Part shown: positions 46,932-56,565 of the stretch, piece after piece | Numbering within the stretch: position 1 is the first letter of the stretch | Layout: every line of letters starts with the position of its first letter | Assembly (NCBI GenBank): GCA_964612975.1 | Contig: CAZTGC010000003.1 | Span: forward strand, 140,724 to 204,723 | Direction of reading: 5' to 3' | Origin: an uncultured Dictyoglomota bacterium | Lineage (GTDB): Bacteria > Dictyoglomota > Dictyoglomia > Dictyoglomales > Dictyoglomaceae | Length of the DNA: 64,000 bases | Notes under the pieces: model-generated | Seen by the model: the letters and a program-made list of their open reading frames with translations, nothing else | What the model was told of the DNA's origin: nothing | Databases searched by the model: none | Program-made: the position numbers and the translations under genes

Positions 46932-47604
46932 ATATAAGGTTGACAGATATACTTTTAAAAAGGATCTCGGGATAATCCTTCTTATTTTTATTATGTTTTT
47001 AACAGGAATAATATTTTATCCTTATCTTCCCGAAAAAATTCCTATGCATTGGAATTTCAAAGGAGAAATAGATAGATACGGCTCAAAACTTGAAGGAACT
47101 TTTGCTATTCCCCTAATGGTGTTTCTGATTTACCTGGGATTTTTATATCTTCCTTATATTGATCCTAAAAGGGAAAATTATCCCAAATTTGAAAAGGTCT
47201 ATCAAATTATAAAATATTTATTTGTAATAGTATTTTCCATACTACATTATAGTGTTATTGTTTCTGCCCTTGGAGGACCAAGGGATCTAATACCTAAGAT
47301 AACCCCAATAACCATTGGAATTTTATTTATAATCCTTGGAAACTATATGCCAAGAATTAAATATAATTGGTTTGTAGGAGTAAGAACTCCGTGGACTCTA
47401 TCCAATGAGGAGGTCTGGAGAAAAACCCATAGAGTCTCAGGATATCTTTTTGTAGTTGGTGGAATATTTATGCTTTTAGCAGCATTTTTACCGCCTTATA
47501 TAAATATTATAATTGGATTTTCTGGGATTTCATTTGTAGGTATTTTTAGTATAATCTATTCCCTTATTGTCTATAAAAGGCTAAAAAACAAAGAGGAGGA
47601 TTAA
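46921..47604 (+). CDS. SdpI/YhfL-family membrane protein (DUF1648 + SdpI)
   Basis: 227 aa. IPMHWNFKGEIDRYGSK (DUF1648) and NWFVGVRTPWTLSNEEVWRKTHR (SdpI). Overlaps the regulator gene. Confidence 0.8.
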   Translation: MKNKYKVDRYTFKKDLGIILLIFIMFLTGIIFYPYLPEKIPMHWNFKGEIDRYGSKLEGTFAIPLMVFLIYLGFLYLPYIDPKRENYPKFEKVYQIIKYLFVIVFSILHYSVIVSALGGPRDLIPKITPITIGILFIILGNYMPRIKYNWFVGVRTPWTLSNEEVWRKTHRVSGYLFVVGGIFMLLAAFLPPYINIIIGFSGISFVGIFSIIYSLIVYKRLKNKEED

Positions 47605-47605
47605 A

Positions 47606-47806
47606 ATGGAAAATATCTCCCAAATTTTTCCTTTAATTTTGCCCTTAATAATTCTTCAATTAATTTTTCAAATTTTTGCCGTTATAAACCTTATAAGAAG
47701 ACCCAAAGAAGAATTAAGATGGGAAAATAAAATAGTTTGGGGGATAATAATTTTAGTTTTTGGCATATTAGGACCAACTATCTATTTCCTCTTTGGGAGA
47801 AAATAA
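47606..47806 (+). CDS. small PLDc_N-domain membrane protein
   Basis: 66 aa with two TM helices. The W(G)IIILVFGILGPTIYFLFGRK ending is typical of PLD-nuclease N-terminal-domain miniproteins. Confidence 0.6.
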   Translation: MENISQIFPLILPLIILQLIFQIFAVINLIRRPKEELRWENKIVWGIIILVFGILGPTIYFLFGRK

Positions 47807-47807
47807 G

Positions 47808-48704
47808 ATGAATGTTATAGAAACGTACAATTTATCTAAATATTTTAAGGAGAAAAAAGCAGTAGATAATTTAAATTTACAAGTTAAAGAAGGAATAGTT
47901 TTTGGATATTTAGGCCCTAATGGTGCAGGAAAAACCACTACTATAAGACTTCTTCTAAATCTCGCAAGACCCACAAAGGGATCTGCAATAGTTTTAGGGG
48001 AAGATATTACAAAAAGCAAAAATTATCTGAGAAAAATAGGTTTTCTTCCTGATGTTCCCAATTTTTACAATTATTTTACCCCAAGGGAATATTTAGGGTT
48101 TTTTGCAGACATCCTAAATGTAGATAAAAAAAGAATTGATGAGGTTTTAGAAATTGTAGATTTAAAAAGCGAAAAAAGAAGAATTGGAACCTTCTCCCGT
48201 GGGATGAAGCAAAGATTAGGAATTGCTCAAACTCTCCTCCATAATCCCTCCCTTTTAATATTAGATGAGCCTACTTCTGCTTTAGATCCTCAAGGAAGAA
48301 AAGAAATTCTTGATCTTATATTATCTTTAAAGGGAGAAAAAACTATTTTCTTTTCTACCCATATATTGGCTGATGTGGAAAAGATTTGTGATAGGGTGGG
48401 AATTTTAAAAGAAGGAAAACTACTTCTTAATGATACCATAGATAACCTGAAAAAAAGGTATAGTCGTAGAACCTTGTATATAGAGGTAGATAATCCTCAA
48501 AGGCTTTTTATCAAATTAAAGGAATTTAACTGGATTGAATCTTTATCTTTTTATAACAAAAATGGAATTCTTGTGAAAATAAAGGATATGTCCTTACCCC
48601 AAAGGGAAATCCCAAGGATTATATCCCAAGAAGATCTTCTCCTTTTCAAATTTGAATTTTTAGAACCTTCCTTAGAAGATATTTTCTTTGAGGTGGTATC
48701 ATGA
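47808..48704 (+). CDS. ABC-2-type transporter ATP-binding protein
   Basis: The track starts at TTG 47793, but ATG 47808 follows GGGAG. GPNGAGKTT, FSRGMKQRLGIAQ, LILDEPTSALD. Confidence 0.9.
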   Translation: MNVIETYNLSKYFKEKKAVDNLNLQVKEGIVFGYLGPNGAGKTTTIRLLLNLARPTKGSAIVLGEDITKSKNYLRKIGFLPDVPNFYNYFTPREYLGFFADILNVDKKRIDEVLEIVDLKSEKRRIGTFSRGMKQRLGIAQTLLHNPSLLILDEPTSALDPQGRKEILDLILSLKGEKTIFFSTHILADVEKICDRVGILKEGKLLLNDTIDNLKKRYSRRTLYIEVDNPQRLFIKLKEFNWIESLSFYNKNGILVKIKDMSLPQREIPRIISQEDLLLFKFEFLEPSLEDIFFEVVS

Positions 48705-49471
48705 TTTTAAAACTTATGAAGAAGGAATGGAAGGAGATTATAAAAACTGGAAAATTTTATGCTTTACTTTTTTCTTTTCTATTCTTTGCAATAGCAAGCC
48801 CTGCTATTGCTAAATTTACCCCAGAAATTATTAAAAGTTTAGTAAACTCTCAGCAAACTCAAGGATTGATTATTCAGATTCCACCTCCCACATGGAAGGA
48901 TTCCTTTTTACAATTTTTTAAGAATCTTAATCAGATAATCTTTATTGTTTTGGTAATAGTATTTATTGGGAATATAGCAGAGGAAAAGAATAAAGGAACT
49001 GCAATAATGGTATTAACAAAGGGGATAGATAGAGGTAAGTGGATTATTTCAAAGTTTATTTTTCAACTTTTATTAAGTTTTGCCCTTTTATCAATATCCT
49101 ATATTCTTTGTTTATACTACACCTTTCTTCTCTTTTCCAACTTTCCTATTAAAAATTCCCTTTTCTCCACTTTATTATATTTAATATATCTTTTCTTCTT
49201 TCTTTCTTTAACTCTTTTTTCCAGCTCCTTGGGAAATAATACCATTCAAGCATTAGGAATATTCTTGGGAATTTTTATCCTTCTTAACATTCTTTCCATC
49301 TTTCCCCGTCTTAATCCATATAATCCCATATATCTTTCCACCTTAGAAAATATGTGGATTACAGCCTCCGTAGAATTAAAAGAAGCTTTAAAACCTATAA
49401 TTTCTACAATTTTACTATCTTTTATATTTATATTCTCAAGTATTTTACATTTCAAAAAGCAGGAGTTATAA
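48701..49471 (+). CDS. ABC-2 family transporter permease
   Basis: 256 aa with about six TM segments. ATGA overlap with the ATPase gene. Confidence 0.7.
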   Translation: MILKLMKKEWKEIIKTGKFYALLFSFLFFAIASPAIAKFTPEIIKSLVNSQQTQGLIIQIPPPTWKDSFLQFFKNLNQIIFIVLVIVFIGNIAEEKNKGTAIMVLTKGIDRGKWIISKFIFQLLLSFALLSISYILCLYYTFLLFSNFPIKNSLFSTLLYLIYLFFFLSLTLFSSSLGNNTIQALGIFLGIFILLNILSIFPRLNPYNPIYLSTLENMWITASVELKEALKPIISTILLSFIFIFSSILHFKKQEL

Positions 49472-49478
49472 GGAAAAA

Positions 49479-50204
49479 CTATTTATATTCTAAAATCCAT
49501 ATCTCTGTTGCTTTTGGAAGTTTGTCCCTTGAAATTTTTAGAAGGGAGCTTTCAATTCTAACTATTTTAATATCTTTTACTAATTTTAAAAATTCATCTA
49601 AGGTTCCTATGGGCCATCCTTGAGTATATTCTGTTTTATAATGCATAGGAATAGCAATCTTGGGATTTAGTTGTCTTATAACCTTTAAAGCCTCTTCTTG
49701 AGGAAGGGTATAATACCCTCCTACAGGGATAAGTAAAATGTCAACCTTTCCAATAAGATTAATTTCCTTTTCCGTTAATACAATACCTAAATCTCCCAAA
49801 TGGGCAAGCCTCATTCCCTCTACATCAATGACAGTTATACTATTTTTCCCTCTCTTTTTTCCTTCTGCATCATCATGGTAGGTAGGGACATTCCATATCT
49901 TTATATCTCCAATTTTCTTTTCAAATAAATTCCAATCAGCTCCTCCCCCTTTAGTTCCCACAACTACCTCTACCCTTTTACCTAAAAAATTAGGGTTATA
50001 GTGATCTCCATGTTCATGACTACTAATTATTAAATCTGCAGTGGTTTGAGGAATAGGATAGTTAGAAGAGAAGGGATCAATTATAATGGAAAATCCAGAT
50101 TCAAATTGAATTCTAAAACAGGCATGTCCAAAATATTTTATCTCCATAGCAAAGGTTAAGGAAATAAGAGAGAGTAATAAAATTAAAACTAAATATTTAT
50201 TCAT
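49479..50204 (-). CDS. secreted MBL-fold metallo-hydrolase (UPF0173-like)
   Basis: 241 aa. Signal peptide, KYFGHACF, SSHEHGDH (HxHxDH) motif. Confidence 0.8.
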   Translation of the reverse strand: MNKYLVLILLLSLISLTFAMEIKYFGHACFRIQFESGFSIIIDPFSSNYPIPQTTADLIISSHEHGDHYNPNFLGKRVEVVVGTKGGGADWNLFEKKIGDIKIWNVPTYHDDAEGKKRGKNSITVIDVEGMRLAHLGDLGIVLTEKEINLIGKVDILLIPVGGYYTLPQEEALKVIRQLNPKIAIPMHYKTEYTQGWPIGTLDEFLKLVKDIKIVRIESSLLKISRDKLPKATEIWILEYK

Positions 50205-50207
50205 TTT

Positions 50208-51404
50208 TTATCCCCCTTTCACTTGGAATATAAAAATCCTATAACCTTCTCCTCCCAATAGTAGAAGTATAAGATATTTTCCATCTAAAGTAAAATCCAT
50301 TTTTTCCAAAAAATATTCATTATCCAATTCCACTTTTTTCCTTAATTCTTTTCTCCAGGAATAAACTATAATCTCCCTGGTGGGAGCAAGATAGTGTACT
50401 CCTGAGGAATAGGCTATAAGTCTATTATCATAAGAAAAAACTGGATGGGAACCAAAAATGGTAAATAAAGCTCTATTATCCTTTAAAGAAAATACAGTAA
50501 TTGTTCTATTCCCTTCTATTCCCAATAACTCTCCTGTGGGACTTAAAAAGGGATTTCCTATATAAGGGAGAGTCAAGATTTCTTTCAGGGTAGAAAGATC
50601 TATTACCTTTATTTTCTCTGCATTGTCTAAGGAAAGGGAAAGATATCTGTCATCTTGGGAAAGGCTCCATCCTATAACTCTATCTCCCTCATAAAAGTAT
50701 TCCAAATCCCTTCCTGTTTTTAAGTCCTTTAAAATTAAAGCATATCCTTTTCTATCTCTTAATATTGGATTAAAGATAAAAAGATATTTATCTTTATTGC
50801 TAAAAAGGATTTCAAATTCTAAATAATCCTTTTGGCTTATAGTATATAATTTTTCCCTTTTTGGAAAGGTTAAAACATTGTATTCATACCAATCAGATAA
50901 TTGAATAAAGCCTCCCACTAAAAAGGTAGAAAAATGAACCTTTTCCATAATGAAATTTCCTAAAGGAGATATAATTAAATCTTCTATTTTTTCAACTTGA
51001 ATTGTTAGAATTTTTGAGCTTCCCTTTAAAGTATTTTCCTTATTATATGGAAATGGGGTTTCTATTCTTCTTGTAAGATCAAAAAGACTTAGATAGGGCT
51101 CATTATTGACCCCAATTACTCTCCCTGAATCAAGGGGATAGAAATTCGTAACTAATATATTCTCTCCCTCTTTAACTACAGAAGATCTTACTCTAATCCT
51201 ATAAATTTCTTTTTCCTCTTTTATATTGTATAAAATTAAAAAATCCCTTTGGGAGAAGAATAAAATATTTTCAAAAATCTTAAAGAAGTTTACTGATTCA
51301 TTCCCTAATCTTATTACTTTTACCAAAGAAATATCTAAACTCTCTTGAGCAAGAGGAGAGGACAAAAATAAAAGAAAGAAAAGTACTGATAAAACTCTTC
51401 TCAC
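50208..51404 (-). CDS. secreted hypothetical protein with PD40/TolB-like beta-propeller repeats
   Basis: 398 aa. Signal peptide and recurring SQDDRYLSL / SPTGELLGI / SYDNRLIAY / TLDGKYLIL motifs. Confidence 0.5.
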   Translation of the reverse strand: MRRVLSVLFFLLFLSSPLAQESLDISLVKVIRLGNESVNFFKIFENILFFSQRDFLILYNIKEEKEIYRIRVRSSVVKEGENILVTNFYPLDSGRVIGVNNEPYLSLFDLTRRIETPFPYNKENTLKGSSKILTIQVEKIEDLIISPLGNFIMEKVHFSTFLVGGFIQLSDWYEYNVLTFPKREKLYTISQKDYLEFEILFSNKDKYLFIFNPILRDRKGYALILKDLKTGRDLEYFYEGDRVIGWSLSQDDRYLSLSLDNAEKIKVIDLSTLKEILTLPYIGNPFLSPTGELLGIEGNRTITVFSLKDNRALFTIFGSHPVFSYDNRLIAYSSGVHYLAPTREIIVYSWRKELRKKVELDNEYFLEKMDFTLDGKYLILLLLGGEGYRIFIFQVKGG

Positions 51405-51477
51405 AAATCTTCTCCCTTTTTTCCTAAAAATATAAATATATTATACCGAAAGATATCATAAAAAGATGTGCTAAAGA

Positions 51478-53451
51478 TCACATTTTTATAAAATTTGCAT
51501 TCTGAATTTGATAGAGACGATAATACAATCCCTTTTTTCTCAAAAGTTCTTGATGATTTCCCTTCTCTATTATTTTCCCTTTGTGTAATACGTAAATAGT
51601 ATCCACGTCCTGAATTGTAGAAAGTCTATGAGCAATAATAATGCTTGTTCTTCCTTCTATAATTTTATTAAGAGCATCTTGAATAAGCTTTTCTGTTTCT
51701 GTATCAATATTGGAAGTTGCTTCATCTAATATAAGAATTTTGGGATCAGAAGCTAAAGCCCTTGCAAAAGCTAATAATTGTCTTTGTCCAGCAGATAGAG
51801 TTGCTCCCCTTTCCTGAACAGGGGTTTCATAACCCTGGGGAAGCCTTAAAATAAATTCTTCTGCATTAACTATTTTGGCTACTTCCTTTACCTTCTCATA
51901 GGATACATTATCTCTTTTTAATTTAATATTGTGAAGAATATTTGTTGCAAAAAGATGGACATCCTGAAGGACTAAACTTATTTGACTTCTTAATTCCTCC
52001 AAATTAAGTTCTTTAATGTTTATGTCATCAATTAATATTTCTCCCCTTTGAATATCATAGAAACGAGTAATTAAATTTATAATAGAAGTTTTTCCTGCAC
52101 CTGTTAAACCAACAAAAGCAACCTTCTCCCCAGGCTCTATAATAAAAGAAACATCCTTTAAAACCCATTCTCTATCATAGGCAAACCAAACATTTTTAAA
52201 TTCTATTTTTCCTTTTATTTCCCCCAATTTTATGGGATTTTCATAAGATTTAATTGTTATAGGCTCGTCTAAAAGTAGGAAAATTCTTTCGGAGGATGCC
52301 ATAGCATTTTGAAGAATATCATATTTTTCTGCAAGATCTTGAATGGGTCTGAAAAATAAGTCTAAGTATGAAATAAAAAGAAAAAGCATTCCAAAACTTA
52401 TTTGATTATTTAAAATCTGAATTCCACCAAAAAATATTAGAGCAGATACCACAAAACTTCCCAATGCGTTAACCAATGGTCTAAAAATTGCATTAACAAA
52501 TATGAATCTTAATTGAGCATTTAATAAACTATTATTTATCTCTCTAAACTCCCTTTCATTTTCTTTTTCCCGTGCAAAAAGTTCTGTTATTCTTATCCCA
52601 TTTATATGTTCCGCAAGATAGGCATTAACACGAGCCAATCTAACTCTAAAGTCTCTATAGGCTTTTCTTGCATATTTTCTAAATATAAAACTCATATATC
52701 CCACTATAGGGATTGATAAAATAACAATTACTGCTAACTTCCAATTTAAGATAAACATAAATATACTTAATCCGATAATTAAAAAAACATCTATAACAAC
52801 ACTTGTAATTACAGAGTTGTACATTTCCTGAAGGGTCTCTGTGTCATTAGTAACTCTTGTTACTAATCTTCCCACAGGATTTCTATCAAAAAAGCTTATG
52901 GGAAGCTTTAAAATATGGCTAAAAATGTCCCTTCTTATATCGTAAATGATTTTTTGAGAGGTCAAATGAAGAAGATAAACTTGAATATATGTAAGAAGAA
53001 AAATCCCCAAGATAACAATAAAATATAATAAAGCAGACTCTCTAAGAACTTTAAAATCCCATGTCCTTAGTATTTTCTTATCTTCTATGTGGATTTTTTC
53101 CAAGTCCTTTTCTAATATATAAAAAACATCGTTATATTTTTTAATGGGATATTTATTTAATAATCTTTCCCAATCCTCATCTTTAATCATTCCCCTTATA
53201 TTTTCATCAATTAAATAAACCCTTTCCTCTTTATCCTGAACTTTCAAAATATTAAAGGGATTTATACATGTATCAATGGCATTTTTAATAATATATGGGT
53301 TCAAAAGCTTTCCTATTGTTATTAAAAATATAAGAATTATAGCAAAAATAATTCCCTTTATATAAGGCTTTGCATATTTTAAAAGTCTTCTCATTAAACG
53401 AGAATCATAAACCTTTCCTAATATTTCTTGTTCTTCAAAGTAATCCCTCAT
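51478..53451 (-). CDS. ABC exporter half-transporter (TMD-NBD), consensus-site subunit
   Basis: 657 aa. GLTGAGKTS, signature LSAGQRQ (non-canonical), Walker B ILILDEATS with catalytic E, H-loop IIAHRLS. Confidence 0.9.
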   Translation of the reverse strand: MRDYFEEQEILGKVYDSRLMRRLLKYAKPYIKGIIFAIILIFLITIGKLLNPYIIKNAIDTCINPFNILKVQDKEERVYLIDENIRGMIKDEDWERLLNKYPIKKYNDVFYILEKDLEKIHIEDKKILRTWDFKVLRESALLYFIVILGIFLLTYIQVYLLHLTSQKIIYDIRRDIFSHILKLPISFFDRNPVGRLVTRVTNDTETLQEMYNSVITSVVIDVFLIIGLSIFMFILNWKLAVIVILSIPIVGYMSFIFRKYARKAYRDFRVRLARVNAYLAEHINGIRITELFAREKENEREFREINNSLLNAQLRFIFVNAIFRPLVNALGSFVVSALIFFGGIQILNNQISFGMLFLFISYLDLFFRPIQDLAEKYDILQNAMASSERIFLLLDEPITIKSYENPIKLGEIKGKIEFKNVWFAYDREWVLKDVSFIIEPGEKVAFVGLTGAGKTSIINLITRFYDIQRGEILIDDINIKELNLEELRSQISLVLQDVHLFATNILHNIKLKRDNVSYEKVKEVAKIVNAEEFILRLPQGYETPVQERGATLSAGQRQLLAFARALASDPKILILDEATSNIDTETEKLIQDALNKIIEGRTSIIIAHRLSTIQDVDTIYVLHKGKIIEKGNHQELLRKKGLYYRLYQIQNANFIKM

Positions 53452-55205
53452 AATTTCTCCTCCAATTCTGACTCCAATTGCTGTTCCTCATATAATCTTG
53501 CATAGAATCCACCATATCTCATTAATTCCTCATGATTTCCCCTCTCAATTATCTTTCCATCTTTTAAAACAATGATTTCATCTGCATCTTGAATCACTGA
53601 TAATCTCTGGGCAATTATAATAAGGGTCTTATTCTTTTTTATTTTCATCAAGTTATTAAGAATTTTCTTCTCGGTGTGGGCATCTACTGCAGATAAAGCA
53701 TCATCCAATATAATAATTGAAGGATCTATGGCCAACGCCCTTGCCAAGGCAACCCTTTGCTTTTGTCCTCCTGATAGGGTAATTCCCCTTTCTCCTATAA
53801 CGGTGTTTAATCCCTCTGGAAATTCCTTCAGATCTTCATCTAAAGCAACAATCTCTATTAGCTCTTTTATTTTCTCATCGGAGATCTCTAAATTTCCAAA
53901 TCTTATATTATTGGCAATAGTATCAGAAAAGAGAAAATTATCTTGAGGAACAAATCCAATATTTTTTCTTAAGGAATTAAGGGATAGCTTTTTTATAGGA
54001 ATATCGTCAATTAAAATCTCCCCTTCTTTTACATTAAACAATCTTGGAATAAGACTTACAAGAGTTGTTTTCCCAGATCCCACAGGGCCTGTTATTCCCA
54101 AAAACTTTCCAGGAGTAATCTCCAAGGATATATTTTCTAAAACCCATGAATTATTAGAGGGATAGGAAAAATAAACATTCTTATATTTAATCTTACCCTC
54201 TATTTTTTCTTTATGAATAGCATCTTTACAATCCCTAATCTCGGGAATCTCATCGAGAACTTCATTTATTCTCTCTAAGGAAGCCCTTCCCCTCTGAAAA
54301 ACATTTACCACTTGACCCAATGCAGCCATAGGCCATATTAAAAGTCCTATATATCCATTAAAGGCTATAAAATCTCCAAGGGAAATCTCCCCTCTTAAAG
54401 CTGATAAACCCCCAAAATAGAATATAATTAACACACAAAAACCTGCTAAAAACTCTATGGAGGGAAACATAAATCCCCAAACTCTAACCAATTTTATATT
54501 TCTCTTCAAAAGATCCTTAGCCTTTTCCAAAAAGTTTTTTAATTCTCCTTCTTCCTGCACATATGCCTTTACAACTCTAATTCCCGCAATAGTTTCCTCC
54601 ACTTTATCGGTTAATTGGGCAAATCCATCTTGAACATATTTAAATCTATCGTGGGTTATTCTCCCAAAAAAGAATATTGATAAAGTTATTAAGGGAAGAG
54701 GAATTAATAAATATAACGTAAGTCTTAAACTTATACTCAAAAGGAAAGCAATACTTAATATTCCTAAAAATAGGGTATCGAAGAACATAATAACACCAAA
54801 TCCAAAAACTTCTCTTACTGCATTTAGATCGTTGGTGGCTAATGCCATTAATTCTCCAGTTTTATGATAATTAAAATAATTTATTGAAAGTTTTTGGAGA
54901 TGGGAAAAGTATTTATCTCTAATTTTTGCTTCAAGCTTTCTTGAGGTGGGAATTATAGACATTCTCCAAAAATATCTAAATAAAGCTGTCAATATAGCAA
55001 AAAGAATAAGGAGAAGGGAATAAATAGAATTTTCTCTTATCCCAAAATGACCCTGCCTTAATTTATCAACTCCCCATCCCAGAAATTTAGGAATTATAAG
55101 CTGAAATATATCTGTAAGAAGAAGAGCTAAAACTCCCTTTATATAATTTCCCTTATATTCCCATAAAAATCCTTTTATATGTCTTAATAATGGCCTCTTC
55201 GTCAT
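53448..55205 (-). CDS. ABC exporter half-transporter (TMD-NBD), degenerate-site subunit
   Basis: GPVGSGKTT, LSGGQKQR, Walker B IIILDDALS (Asp in place of the catalytic Glu), H-loop IIAQRLS (Gln in place of His). The start is uncertain: the track gives TTG 55301, I prefer ATG 55205 (MTKRPLLRHIKG...), and neither has a clear SD. Confidence 0.8.
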   Translation of the reverse strand: MTKRPLLRHIKGFLWEYKGNYIKGVLALLLTDIFQLIIPKFLGWGVDKLRQGHFGIRENSIYSLLLILFAILTALFRYFWRMSIIPTSRKLEAKIRDKYFSHLQKLSINYFNYHKTGELMALATNDLNAVREVFGFGVIMFFDTLFLGILSIAFLLSISLRLTLYLLIPLPLITLSIFFFGRITHDRFKYVQDGFAQLTDKVEETIAGIRVVKAYVQEEGELKNFLEKAKDLLKRNIKLVRVWGFMFPSIEFLAGFCVLIIFYFGGLSALRGEISLGDFIAFNGYIGLLIWPMAALGQVVNVFQRGRASLERINEVLDEIPEIRDCKDAIHKEKIEGKIKYKNVYFSYPSNNSWVLENISLEITPGKFLGITGPVGSGKTTLVSLIPRLFNVKEGEILIDDIPIKKLSLNSLRKNIGFVPQDNFLFSDTIANNIRFGNLEISDEKIKELIEIVALDEDLKEFPEGLNTVIGERGITLSGGQKQRVALARALAIDPSIIILDDALSAVDAHTEKKILNNLMKIKKNKTLIIIAQRLSVIQDADEIIVLKDGKIIERGNHEELMRYGGFYARLYEEQQLESELEEKL

Positions 55206-55298
55206 ACAACTTAAAAAGTTTATATTATTTACCCAGAATTGAAAAGTAAAAATTTTTATTTTATTGACAATTCCTCCTAAGTATGATACCTTTTTAAT

Positions 55299-55327
55299 CA
55301 AATTGGTATTTAAATGGCATAAATTGG
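55299..55327 (+). promoter_or_regulatory. three phased AAATTGG-type direct repeats upstream of the regulator gene
   Basis: CAAATTGG (55299-55306), TTAAATGG (55310-55317), TAAATTGG (55320-55327), spaced 11 and 10 nt apart. Confidence 0.4.
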
Positions 55328-55346
55328 TAAAAGGGGAGAGAATTTT

Positions 55347-56366
55347 GTGAAAATATCTCCACTAATAAAAGAAAAGGTCAAAGATGAGATTTTGAAATTC
55401 ATTGAGAGAAATAGAAGGGAAGAATATGTTAGAATTCCCTCGGAAAGAGATTTAGCAAAAAAATACAACGTTAGTAGAACCACTATTCGTTCTGTTATAA
55501 AAGAGCTTATAAATAGTGGCTTTATAATTCAGTTTCAAGGAAAAGGAACATATATACTTCCTAAACCGAGGGAAAAGAACCTTTATATAATATATTCCCC
55601 TGATATAAAGAAAAATGATCCCTTTTACACAAAATTTTTCTTGGAATTAACAGTTATCTCCTCAAAGGAAGATATAAATATAACATTTATTAATATTGAT
55701 AATTTACCTAATAAAATAAATGTTCCTTTAATTGTAGTGGGGCTTATCGAAGAAGATATCATGAAGAAAATAAAGGAATCCTATAATATCATAATTACTA
55801 TTGAGCAATATTTGAGTCAAGATGAGATAATCCAAGTATCTATAGATGATTATAAAATTGGATGGACTGCAGGAAATACTTTAATAAAATATGGATATAA
55901 AAATTTGATTCACTTGGCAGGTCCAGATAAATATACTGCTCCCTATTTAAGAAAGCTGGGCTTTATTGATAGATTAAAAAATGAAAAGAGAATCTCTTAT
56001 GAAATTATTGAGGGTAAAATGAATTGGAATTCTGGATATGAGCTCGGTGAGATTATTCTCCAAAGATTTAATGATATTAGAGCTCCTTTGGGTGTATTTA
56101 CAGCTAATGATTGGATGGCTATAGGATTAATACAAAGGCTAAGAGAAAATAAGATAAAAATTGGAGATGAGATTTCTATTATAGGTTGCGACAACATACC
56201 ATTAGCAAGCGAAGTAGTTCCACCTCTTACCACCTTCGATTGGAATGTAAAAAGCATTATGTTGGAGATTATTCATATGATTAATACTATATATTCTGGA
56301 AGAAGTTTACAAAATAAAAGAATTTTACTTCCAGCAAAATTAATTTTGAGAGAAACCTTAAGGTAG
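55347..56366 (+). CDS. AraR-type chimeric regulator: GntR-family wHTH fused to a LacI/PBP1-type sugar-binding domain
   Basis: 339 aa with a GTG start. N-terminus IPSERDLAKKYNVSRTTIRSVIKELINSGFI..FQGKGTYI is GntR-type. The remainder carries LacI/GalR effector-domain blocks (FTANDWMAIGLIQRL..., ISIIGCDNIPLA). Confidence 0.75.
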   Translation: MKISPLIKEKVKDEILKFIERNRREEYVRIPSERDLAKKYNVSRTTIRSVIKELINSGFIIQFQGKGTYILPKPREKNLYIIYSPDIKKNDPFYTKFFLELTVISSKEDINITFINIDNLPNKINVPLIVVGLIEEDIMKKIKESYNIIITIEQYLSQDEIIQVSIDDYKIGWTAGNTLIKYGYKNLIHLAGPDKYTAPYLRKLGFIDRLKNEKRISYEIIEGKMNWNSGYELGEIILQRFNDIRAPLGVFTANDWMAIGLIQRLRENKIKIGDEISIIGCDNIPLASEVVPPLTTFDWNVKSIMLEIIHMINTIYSGRSLQNKRILLPAKLILRETLR

Positions 56367-56420
56367 TTGACATCCTTAGATACTTAATATCACCTTTAAG
56401 GTATAAGACAGGATTTATCA

Positions 56421-56449
56421 TTGACAAAATTTGTTTTGAATGATAAGAT
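56421..56449 (+). promoter_or_regulatory. sigma-70-type promoter (extended -10) of the malEFG-like/GH53 operon
   Basis: TTGACA (56421-56426), 17-nt spacer ending in TG, TAAGAT (56444-56449). Confidence 0.6.
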
Positions 56450-56479
56450 TAAATTGGCATTAAATTGGTTTAAAAGTGG
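56450..56479 (+). promoter_or_regulatory. three phased AAATTGG-type direct repeats immediately downstream of the -10
   Basis: TAAATTGG (56450-56457), TAAATTGG (56461-56468), AAAAGTGG (56472-56479), spaced exactly 11 nt apart. Shares GGCAT(T)AAATTGGT with 55316-55328. Confidence 0.45.
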
Positions 56480-56565
56480 TTTAAATTTATCAAGGAGGTG
56501 GTAAGAAGATTATAAATCTTTCCCTATCAAAGTCATTAATCTCTATGAAAGGAGGATTCTTTTAA

